DNA from: Thermofilum adornatum | GTDB taxonomy: Archaea > Thermoproteota > Thermoprotei > Thermofilales > Thermofilaceae | DNA length: 32,000 nucleotides | NCBI RefSeq assembly: GCF_000446015.1 | Contig: NC_022093.1 | Coordinates: 1,290,001 to 1,322,000 of the forward strand | Reading direction: 5' to 3' | Shown: in pieces, positions 25,009-32,000 of the stretch | Numbering within the stretch: the first letter of the stretch is position 1 | How the letters are laid out: each line of letters starts with the position of its first letter | Made by a program: the position numbers and the translations under genes | The notes under the pieces: model-generated | Seen by the model: the letters and a program-made list of their open reading frames with translations, nothing else | The model's database searches: none | Told to the model about the DNA's origin: nothing

Positions 25009-26058
25009 TCAATCAACAATCTTTGTCTCTCTTAATATCTTCAAGACAAGCTCCTCGTTCAGCCGAACAGCGTCAAGAATCGTAAATCTTTTCCTGAGCT
25101 CTCCAGCCCTCAAAACACATTCAACTAGCTTTTCTCGGGGCACCCCAAGCTCGCTGGCACTTGTCGGGGCGCCGACCTTTAGTAGAGCCTCCCGTATCTC
25201 CCTCCATTCTAGCCCATGCAGATACGCCATAATAATGGTTCCAACCCCGACCTGCTCGCCGTGTAGACTCTTTCTTTCTGGGACAAACTTGTCAAGGGCA
25301 TGGCTGAAGAGATGCTCACTCCCACTGCACGGCCTACTACTCCCAGCGATGGACATAGCCATTCCTGCAAGCAGGCCCGCCTGAACAAGGAGCTCTATGC
25401 CCCTCGTGCTCCACCTTGCTAGCTCGTCTATCTCGCTTAGCACAATGCGTGCCGCAGACTCCGCCATCACAAGTGAGATCTCTGGTATCTCCTCGCCTGC
25501 AAGCCTCATGGCTAGCCTTGCATCAGCGACGCTTGTCACTTTTCCAATGATGTCTCCCACGCCGCTCGCCAAGAGGCGCCTAGGAGCCTGGGCAACTATG
25601 TCTGTGTCAACGACTACAGCCGTGGGGGGACGTGTAAATATGGATAGGGGATTCCCCTGCGGGTCCTTCAGGGCGACAATTGGGCTTGCAAACCCGTCAT
25701 GGCTAATAGCAGTCGGAAAACTGATAAAGAACCTCTTGCTGAGAAACGCTGCATACTTAGCCACGTCTATTGGTCTCCCGCCACCAACGCCAAGAACGAG
25801 GCAGGCATTACTACTCTCAATTGTCCTCTTAGCGGCTTCAACACTGTTACCGTCGGCAGACTCAGCGAAAACAGTGGAAAAAGCTATTCCTCTCCCGCCA
25901 AAAATGTTCTCAAGCTCTCTTCCGAGCATTGACCACAGATTCCTATCAGTAACCACGACGATGTTCGTGCATCCCAGAGACTCTATGATCTCGGGAAGCG
26001 AGTCCTTTGCCCCCGGCTTAACGACGATTTTTCCGGGAAGCTCTGCACGGATATCCAT
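25009..26058 (-). CDS. egsA: sn-Glycerol-1-phosphate dehydrogenase [NAD(P)+]
   Basis: Fe-ADH/DHQS-like fold blocks 'LVLGVGGGRPIDVAKY', 'DGFASP', 'GSEHLFSHALD' and 'HGEQVGVGTI' are typical of archaeal G1PDH. The TATA 'TTTATATC' (minus-strand reading of 26081-26088) lies about 26 nt upstream of the ATG. Confidence 0.9.
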   Translation of the reverse strand: MDIRAELPGKIVVKPGAKDSLPEIIESLGCTNIVVVTDRNLWSMLGRELENIFGGRGIAFSTVFAESADGNSVEAAKRTIESSNACLVLGVGGGRPIDVAKYAAFLSKRFFISFPTAISHDGFASPIVALKDPQGNPLSIFTRPPTAVVVDTDIVAQAPRRLLASGVGDIIGKVTSVADARLAMRLAGEEIPEISLVMAESAARIVLSEIDELARWSTRGIELLVQAGLLAGMAMSIAGSSRPCSGSEHLFSHALDKFVPERKSLHGEQVGVGTIIMAYLHGLEWREIREALLKVGAPTSASELGVPREKLVECVLRAGELRKRFTILDAVRLNEELVLKILRETKIVD

Positions 26059-26284
26059 AGGAAAAATACCTGTGCAAAGATATAAATCTGTAGCGGGCTC
26101 AGTAGCAGGTAGTCCTCATCACTTATCAGCTCGTCTCTTCCTCAGCACAAGGATATAGACCTTTGCATCAATATATTTTTGTTCTCTTCTTTCTGGCTTC
26201 TAAACATAGACTTAAGATTGGGTATCCGGTGCAAGTCTCGGCTTTATCGCAAAATTTATCCAGAAACCAATGAATTATCTATTC

Positions 26285-27082
26285 ATGATGCGTGTAGCAC
26301 TCCATCAACTAGTCGTTTCTGGAAACAAGGAGGAAAACTTGAGAAAAGTACTGGAAAAGATAGACTCGTTTGACGCGGACCTCCATGTTTTCCCAGAATA
26401 CCTAATGGGTACAAGGGACGGTAACGTGACTAGGGAGCTTGTCTACAGCTTCGGTGAACCACTTGGAGGGGAATTCGCCTCAAAGATTATCTCAAAAAGC
26501 GAAGAATACGGGGTAGGAGTCGTCTTCAGCATGTACCTAAAGGACACCAACGGAGTTAGCAACGCAGCAGTCCTAGCGGTAAACGGAAAAGTCAGTGCAG
26601 TCTACAGGAAAATCCACCTCTTCGATGCATACGGCTACAGGGAATCAGACGTCTTCGCGAGGGGAAACGAGGTTGCCACTGCACATTTTAAAGGCTTCAC
26701 GATAGGTCTAGCAGTCTGCTTCGACTTAAGGTTCCCAGAGCTCTTCAGGGCAATGATGCTAAGAGGAGCAAACCTCTTCATAGTCCCATCAGCGTGGTAC
26801 AAAGGCCCCCACAAGGTGGACCAGTGGAAGTCGCTCACATCCGCTAGGGCGCATGAAAACGTAAGCTTCCTCGTAGCCGTAGACCAGACCGGGGACCACT
26901 TTGCCGGTCACAGCCTAGTCGCAACACCGATGGGACACATCTTGGTCGACCTCGGCGAAGCAGAGAGAAGCCTCCTAGTAGACATAGACCCAACAGAAGT
27001 AAGCCAGGCTAGGGAAAAAATACCCATTGATAAACTTCTTAGACTCGACCTGTATAGAGAGTGGATCAAAGAAGGAAAATAG
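26285..27082 (+). CDS. Carbon-nitrogen hydrolase (nitrilase superfamily)
   Basis: Glu-Lys-Cys triad contexts 'VFPEY', 'YRKIHLF' and 'GLAVCFDLRFPE'. The track starts at 26270. The family consensus 'MRVAL.Q' and an upstream 'AAAATTTATCC' favour ATG 26285 or 26288. Confidence 0.85.
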   Translation: MMRVALHQLVVSGNKEENLRKVLEKIDSFDADLHVFPEYLMGTRDGNVTRELVYSFGEPLGGEFASKIISKSEEYGVGVVFSMYLKDTNGVSNAAVLAVNGKVSAVYRKIHLFDAYGYRESDVFARGNEVATAHFKGFTIGLAVCFDLRFPELFRAMMLRGANLFIVPSAWYKGPHKVDQWKSLTSARAHENVSFLVAVDQTGDHFAGHSLVATPMGHILVDLGEAERSLLVDIDPTEVSQAREKIPIDKLLRLDLYREWIKEGK

Positions 27083-27174
27083 AAAGTTCGGGGAAAGTGA
27101 AATTTGAGACGATTTTGAAATGATTATTCTTGAATTGTAATCTGGGCGCATGCATCGTTTTCTATTCGTGGCAT

Positions 27175-27417
27175 TTAACTCAACTCATCGGTTGCGTCCT
27201 TTTCGGCAACCAATTCAGCCTGTTTTCTCAGCTCTTTAAATGTCTTGTTAATGCTAAGGGTATCCTCAAGCGCTTCAAATGGATCCGAGGGGAGTGGAAT
27301 TATTTGAAGATGGTCTCCCATATTCATTATAAGGACTTTTTCTCCAATGCCTAAAGATTCTCTTAGCTTTTTTGGCAAGGTTATTCTACCCCTCCTATCA
27401 ACTTTGACGATGCTCAT
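27175..27417 (-). CDS. AbrB/SpoVT-domain protein (orphan antitoxin-like)
   Basis: 'VDRRGRITLPKKLRESLGI' is the AbrB swapped-hairpin motif. I prefer ATG 27417 over the track's TTG 27432. No toxin ORF lies adjacent. Confidence 0.75.
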   Translation of the reverse strand: MSIVKVDRRGRITLPKKLRESLGIGEKVLIMNMGDHLQIIPLPSDPFEALEDTLSINKTFKELRKQAELVAEKDATDELS

Positions 27418-27496
27418 TTTCCATGTAAGCAATTTCAGTGAAGCATGGAATTTAAAAAACTAGGTGGAGCTTCTAGCGTAGCTCTGCAGAGGTAGT

Positions 27497-28201
27497 TTAT
27501 GAAAGCATGCTTATGGCTTTAGGGACATCTGCTATACTTTTAACGATAGCTATCCTGAGAGGCCTGTTTACGTATGGGTCTTGCTGGTTGCTGTCTATGA
27601 GTATTCCTCCAAGTCCGCTGGCAACTGCACCCGCAAGGTCCTCGGCTGGGCTGTCGCCGACATGGTATGCCTCAGAGGGCCTGCTCCCAGTAAGTGTTAA
27701 AACTTCCCTAAATATGCGTTGGCCGGGCTTTAGGCAACGGACCTCGTCCGCGTAAACTTGTACCTTGAAGAACTTTGACAGTCCCGCCTTGTCCACTAGT
27801 ATCCTGGTAACGTAGCCAGGCCAGTAGATAACATTGCTTGTCACTGCAAGTGTAAAGCCGTCACTCTCCAGCTTCTCAAGGGTCTCCACGCTGCCTGGGA
27901 TCAGTAGTTCTTCTCCTCTAACCTTGTTCACTGCAATAGCAAAGGCAGAAAATATGTCGTACCTGGAAACTTGTAGCGAGCCTACTGAAAGAGCTATCCC
28001 TATCGAGCTGTCAACGATGCTCTCGTCGTCTATAAGCCCAAGCTTCCTTGCCCTCTTTACCTCCTCGTAGCCACGCTTTATAAAGCCATAAGCCTCCTCA
28101 AAGCTTAAGCCTCTAAGCTGGCCTAGAGCCTCGGCCGCCGCCCTGTAATAAGGGTCTATGTAGAGCAGTGTCCCCCACACGTCAAAAGATACAAGTGTCA
28201 C
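27497..28201 (-). CDS. HAD-superfamily hydrolase (haloacid-dehalogenase-like, DxYGTL-type motif I variant)
   Basis: Motif I 'FDVWGTL', motif II 'VTSN', motif III 'LKPGQRIF' and motif IV 'VGDSPAEDLAGA'. Confidence 0.8.
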   Translation of the reverse strand: MTLVSFDVWGTLLYIDPYYRAAAEALGQLRGLSFEEAYGFIKRGYEEVKRARKLGLIDDESIVDSSIGIALSVGSLQVSRYDIFSAFAIAVNKVRGEELLIPGSVETLEKLESDGFTLAVTSNVIYWPGYVTRILVDKAGLSKFFKVQVYADEVRCLKPGQRIFREVLTLTGSRPSEAYHVGDSPAEDLAGAVASGLGGILIDSNQQDPYVNRPLRIAIVKSIADVPKAISMLS

Positions 28202-28323
28202 AGTGTTTTACCTCTAGTACAAACTAATAAAGATATTCTCTCCCGTGAAGAAGGAACTGTTTCAGGCAGACGCAGAACTATTAAACCCTATAGCCAGCAA
28301 TAAACCATAGGGGTAGATGTTTC

Positions 28324-28943
28324 ATGCAGGGAAAAGACCTTCCGAGTTCTTTTGACAGTCTCTCAGAGGAATTACTTCTCTTAGAAAAACTTTCAAAACG
28401 ATACGGGATCCCCTTAATTAATCGGGAAGACGGAGCTGTCTTATCTGCGTTGGCATACTACGTTAGAACCCTGGGAGGCAAAATATTTGTAGACGCGGGG
28501 CCGGAATAGGCTATTCTACCCTATGGATAATTCACGGCGTGTTCAACTTCGAGGACAATGACAAGGTCTACATTTATGCAGTCGAAAAGAACCCGGCGAG
28601 ATACAAGGTCTTGGAAGACAACATAGAAAAGATAAGGAAGAATATCCTCTCAGAAAAATCATTCATCGAAGTCAGGACAGTAAACGGAGATGCTGTAGAA
28701 TTCCTAGATAAGATCGAGCCCTCCCTCGACCTGGTCTTTGTAGACATCGAGAAAAACCAATACAAACAGGTTCTCAGTTTCCTACCTAGAAAGCTAAGCA
28801 AAATAGGCATAGGAATATTCCACAACGCGCTAATACCAGGACTCGACAGCGACACGAGAAAATTTCTAGAACAACAGGAACAACTTAGCTACCACGTTGT
28901 CCCGACACATCTAGGGCTCCTAATAGTGAAGCGGTTCGACTGA
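28324..28943 (+). pseudogene. Class I SAM-dependent O-methyltransferase (family 3/YrrM-like) interrupted by a 1-nt frameshift in a G run
   Basis: The track ORFs 28324-28509 and 28539-28943 are two halves of one methyltransferase. Frame 1 ends '...GGKIFVDAGPE*'. The frame of the second ORF is open from 28467 and reads 'GAGIGYSTLWIIHGV...'. One extra G in the run at 28497-28500 would give 'FVDAGAGIGYS' (motif I). Downstream, 'DLVFVDIEKNQY' matches the family's 'fD.vFiDadK..Y'. Confidence 0.7.
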
Positions 28944-28958
28944 AATCATAAATATTCA

Positions 28959-29201
28959 ATGGCTAAGCTAACACCAATGAAAAATAAGCCGGAGATAGTC
29001 ATCGTTAGAAAAAGAGGGGTTATTGTAATACCTAAGAATATTAGAGAAGCATTGGGTATAGAGGAAGGCGATATTCTTAGAGTGAGCCTGGAGGAGGATA
29101 AGATTATTCTGAGCAAGGAGAGCTTCTGGGAGAAACTATTCGATAGTGCTAAAGGCATCTATAGCCCCGACGACGCTGAGCTAGAGCTGGATGCCGACTA
29201 G
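28959..29201 (+). CDS. AbrB/SpoVT-domain protein (antitoxin-like, no intact partner toxin)
   Basis: 'RKRGVIVIPKNIREALGIEEGD' AbrB motif. It starts 15 nt after the methyltransferase stop. It is followed by 229 nt with no PIN-like ORF. Confidence 0.75.
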   Translation: MAKLTPMKNKPEIVIVRKRGVIVIPKNIREALGIEEGDILRVSLEEDKIILSKESFWEKLFDSAKGIYSPDDAELELDAD

Positions 29202-29430
29202 CACACTTGATAAGAGTGAGCGTTAGAACATGCTCTCTCCTTACTATAATAATGGTATTCACACACGTAAATCTAGAAGGTATATCTTGATATGAGAAAA
29301 GGGGCGTGTTATATGCAATAGTGTTGTTTTAATCTAGGAGCAACAGCTATTAGACGCTGAGGAGTATTTGAGACGGGAGGTAAGATAATTCAGTATGGAG
29401 ACAAGGCATGCAGTTTTTACTGTGTAAGCT

Positions 29431-29787
29431 TCATTCTCGTAGTTCCACGCGTAAACCATACTTCTCTAAATGTTCAAAGTGGCGATCCTTCGTTACGAGC
29501 ACGAGATCATGGGCTATAGCTGTAGCCGCTAGTAGCAGGTCAGCATCAGGCACAAGTTCGCCCTTCCTCCTCAGCTTGGAGTATAGCTTGCAGTAGGCTA
29601 GAATCGTGCGGTTGTCGAGGTTCAACATTCCGTAGCTCTCTTCAAGTAGCGACTTCACGCTTTCCCTCTTCTCCTCAGGAACCCCGCGTAGAACCTCGAT
29701 AAGCGTGATAACTGAGAGCATTCCCTCCTCGAATACTCCTGTCTTCAAGTTGTCCACGAGCACACTGGTGTCGATCAGCCTTTTCAT
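29431..29787 (-). CDS. vapC: PIN-domain ribonuclease toxin (VapC)
   Basis: PIN blocks 'LIDTSVLV', 'ITLIEVL', 'DADLLLAATAI' and 'TKDRHF'. The ATG overlaps the upstream antitoxin stop (ATGA). Confidence 0.85.
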   Translation of the reverse strand: MKRLIDTSVLVDNLKTGVFEEGMLSVITLIEVLRGVPEEKRESVKSLLEESYGMLNLDNRTILAYCKLYSKLRRKGELVPDADLLLAATAIAHDLVLVTKDRHFEHLEKYGLRVELRE

Positions 29788-30011
29788 CTCAGCTCAAACC
29801 CCTCTCTAAACTCCTTGCTAGACTTCTCTATGTTGTTGAGATCCTCCTCAGTGAGTAATCGTCGTAGCTTCTCAAAAGCCGACCGCGACTTGCTTGATTT
29901 AGCCTCCATGTACAACTCCAGTAGGAAGTTGCTCCAATCCTTGTTGCCTTTTTCCCTCTCGAGTAACTCTTTTACCTCCCTCAGCACGGAAATTGATGCA
30001 TACCTGCTCAA
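29784..30011 (-). CDS. vapB: VapB-type antitoxin (PF02697/DUF217-like helical antitoxin)
   Basis: 'ISVLREVKELLEREKGNKDWSNFLLELY' resembles the archaeal putative-antitoxin family. There is a 4-nt overlap with vapC. TTG is the only upstream start, because an in-frame stop immediately precedes it. Confidence 0.7.
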   Translation of the reverse strand: MSRYASISVLREVKELLEREKGNKDWSNFLLELYMEAKSSKSRSAFEKLRRLLTEEDLNNIEKSSKEFREGFELR

Positions 30012-30201
30012 CTACATCACCATGTTGTTATTGAATTACATCATTATATACCTACCGGATAGAGGCTATCTATTGAATGTCTCTGATTTTCCTTTTCTAT
30101 TTGCTTTAACTTAGGCCGTTATATGCCTGACAACAAAGTTACTGAACGTAGTTTTTTCCTCTAGAATGTAGACCTGCTTAATGCATGCATCTCTCTTAAC
30201 T

Positions 30202-30720
30202 TTAAACACATAAATATGAAGGAGGGATACATTTACAGGTTACGAGGATATACTCACGTGTAATCCTCACATCTACGCATGAGAACCTCTCGGGCAAATT
30301 TTTCCTAATATCCTCTAATTGCTTAGCATATAGTTCACTGTTCTTTGAACCTATAAATGAGCCCGGAGTCCAGGTTCCACAGATTATGTAGCCATTTCTT
30401 CTAGCCAACTTGCATACATCGCTGAATGGAAAACTGTCTCCAGAGATGCTTGTATCCCAAGCAAAACAGATAATGACATTAAATGCCTCGTTACGGAAGG
30501 GAAAAAGGTAGCCATATATTAGCCTTTCAGCCCTCGAGGAATATCCGAGCATCGAGAGACCTTGTCCTCTCGTAATGATAACATATGTGTCTTCTGGGAG
30601 GGCTTCCAATAAGAAATGTATCACTTCAGGGGAACCAGTAGCAACCACAAGTACTTTGTCTAAGGATTCTTCTTCTCCAAGTTTAGTTACGAGATCCTTG
30701 AGCACATCCTTGAGGAGCAT
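30202..30720 (-). CDS. Hypothetical protein, possibly a degenerate Rossmann/methyltransferase-like fold
   Basis: I prefer ATG 30720 over the track's TTG 30732. 'KVLVVATGSPEV', 'FNVIICFAWD' and 'RRNGYIICGTW' loosely follow the class I MTase strand order, but no intact GxGxG is present. It is divergent from the rSAM/SPASM gene. Confidence 0.45.
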   Translation of the reverse strand: MLLKDVLKDLVTKLGEEESLDKVLVVATGSPEVIHFLLEALPEDTYVIITRGQGLSMLGYSSRAERLIYGYLFPFRNEAFNVIICFAWDTSISGDSFPFSDVCKLARRNGYIICGTWTPGSFIGSKNSELYAKQLEDIRKNLPERFSCVDVRITREYILVTCKCIPPSYLCV

Positions 30721-30828
30721 TAAATCCCACAACCATGTCTCCCTAAATTAATATTTCTATAGCTTTTTCCTATTATATTCCGGTGGCAAAACATAAATAT
30801 TGCATCCGCTTAAGCCCTTAGACCTTTA

Positions 30829-32000
30829 TGAGTCTTCCCGAAGGGCTCCAAATCGAGCCGACCAACAAGTGCAACCTTGCATGTGTAATGTGTGTCAGGA
30901 ATACCTGGAGAGGAGAAAAATTCGGACAAATGGATTTTGGTCTCTACCAAAAAATAATAGATGAGACACAGGGTAGCCTAAGGCGCCTAGCACTCTACGG
31001 CTTCGGCGAGCCACTAACACATCCAAGATTCCCAGACATGGTTCGCTACGCCAGAGAAGCTTCAGACTCTACCTACATACTTACAGTTACGAACGGAACT
31101 CTCATGACCCGCGAAATGGCAGAAAAAGTCTTCGGTGCCGGGATAGATGAGGTCGCCTTTTCTATCGACGCCCCAGAGCTGGGACTACTTTCCAAGATAC
31201 GTGTAGGAACAGCTACCTACGATGTTCTTGGAAACCTTTCTAGTGCGGCTAAAATAAAGGATGACTATGATGTAAGGCTGGGCATAACAGTTGTACTGAT
31301 GAAGTGGAACTATAAGTTGCTTCCAGAAATCGCCAGGAAGGCTGAAGAGCTCGGCCTAGACTTCCTCGCCGTCTCCCATCTTGTCCCCTACACCGAGGCA
31401 ATGATGAAAGAAACCGTTTATACAACTGCAAGCAGGCAGGCAGTCGAGTTCTATGAGAAACACGCTGGCGACCTTGAAGAGCTTGCAAAGGAAGCGATTT
31501 ACGACAGTATGCTCCAACACTATACCCTTACTTCGAGTGGGAAAAAACAGCTATACCTCCAGCTCGTCGACAAGCTTGGGAGTTCTGGCTACTCTCTCAA
31601 CGTAGATATTTCAAGGGACGCGGTTCAAAGAAAAGAGTTACTCAGCGAGGTGGAGATGTATATTGAGAAAGCCGCAAGCATAGCAAAAGAGTATGGACTA
31701 GAGGTAAAGCTTCCAAACGTCTATGCAGATGCAAACAAAAGGTCATGCCCCTACATAGACCTAAACTATGCAATGATACTCTGGAACGGAGACGTGGTTC
31801 CATGCATGGATTTAGCCTATACACATCCACTATACACAAACCTCCACCCTAAAACCATCAAGAAGCTCGTTTTTGGCAACGTGGAAAAACAGTCTCTGAG
31901 CGATGTGTGGAGCTCATCAAGTTTCAAGTGGTTTCGTGAGACAAGGAAGAACCTTTCAAAAAATGTTCCCTGGTGTGGGGATTGCCAATTCGCTACGAGA
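30829..32000 (+). CDS. Radical SAM/SPASM-domain protein, 3' end beyond the window (absent from the ORF track)
   Basis: I translated it by hand. ATG 30829 follows an in-frame TAG at 30820-30822, and there is no stop for 390 codons to the window edge. The radical SAM motif is 'CNLACVMC' (C15/C19/C22), with 'LYGFGEPLTHP' and 'VTNGTL'. The SPASM signature is C307-X13-G321-X4-C326 ('CPYIDLNYAMILWNGDVVPC'), then 'WCGDC' (CX2C) at the edge. Confidence 0.9.

Noticed and set aside
26099-26129. C/D-box sRNA-like motifs on the minus strand upstream of egsA (GTGATGA, a 13-nt spacer, then CTGA, with another CTGA just upstream)
   Set aside because: Only a half-unit is present. There is no C'/D pair at the expected spacing and no terminal stem. 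The downstream sequence is the egsA TATA box (26081-26088). This is most likely a chance occurrence.
25397-26158. A 253-aa plus-strand ORF, and a 77-aa one at 25699-25932, overlapping egsA
   Set aside because: Both are antisense shadows of a strongly supported gene. The translations are low-complexity and Ser/Pro/Ala/Thr-rich with no motifs. The same applies to 4251-4759, 5233-5759, 21545-21952, 23854-24324, 13397-13707, 14012-14386, 17074-17694, 18201-18694 and 18738-19067.
29191-29226. An 11-codon ORF ('MPTSTLDKSER*') overlapping the stop of the AbrB gene, as a possible remnant vapC start
   Set aside because: It is too short to show homology. 'TLD' resembles a PIN N-terminus only superficially. 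I mention it under the TA-patch finding but do not call it a feature.
31249-31839. Two minus-strand ORFs (79 aa and 65 aa), the only track entries in the last 1.2 kb
   Set aside because: They lie antisense to a 390-codon open frame with clear radical SAM and SPASM motifs. Their translations are Arg/Leu/Ser-rich and featureless.
1-32000. A search for CRISPR repeats, tRNA or rRNA genes, integrases, transposases and long direct repeats
   Set aside because: I found no regularly spaced repeats, no GC-rich cloverleaf-like segments in any intergenic spacer, and no recombinase-like ORF. The short palindromes such as ATGCATGCAT at 30183-30192 and GCATGC elsewhere are restriction-site-size and probably occur by chance.

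Overview
The window reads as a gene-dense archaeal chromosome segment. Gene content points to a hyperthermophilic crenarchaeon, probably Desulfurococcales-like: type III RuBisCO, glycerol-1-phosphate dehydrogenase, a class-III-signal-peptide pilin, and AT-rich TATA boxes about 25 nt upstream of start codons. I have not identified the species. I support 39 protein-coding features and a few regulatory sites. I saw no rRNA, tRNA, CRISPR array, integrase or transposase.

Layout by coordinate:
- 2-493: 3' end of a sufB/D gene.
- 564-3423: sugar-type ABC transporter operon.
- 3458-6078 (minus strand): operon with a corrinoid protein and a pyrrolysine-free MtmB-family methyltransferase.
- 6130-8650: an archaeal pilin and a three-gene operon of small membrane proteins.
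- 8720-11414: DUF72, M48 protease and vapBC.
- 11596-15400: a membrane protein carrying a RanBP2-type zinc finger and a winged helix, followed by an ABC-2 exporter.
- 15406-20459: AmmeMemoRadiSam radical SAM enzyme, an M1 aminopeptidase fused to HEAT repeats, and an aldo/keto reductase.
- 20637-21968: type III RuBisCO.
- 22192-23010: a TM plus zinc-ribbon protein.
- 23076-26058: a B12-domain radical SAM enzyme with a 90-aa partner, next to egsA.
- 26285-27082: nitrilase-family hydrolase.
- 27175-30720: lower-GC patch with three AbrB-type genes, one vapBC pair, a HAD hydrolase and an O-methyltransferase frameshifted inside its SAM-binding motif.
- 30829 to the window edge: a radical SAM/SPASM gene that the ORF track omits because it has no stop in the window.

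The most interesting candidates are the non-Pyl MtmB/corrinoid operon, the membrane-anchored ZnF-wHTH protein beside the ABC-2 exporter, the edge-truncated rSAM/SPASM locus, and the rSAM plus small-protein pair beside egsA. All family calls come from reading motifs by eye. No database search was run.
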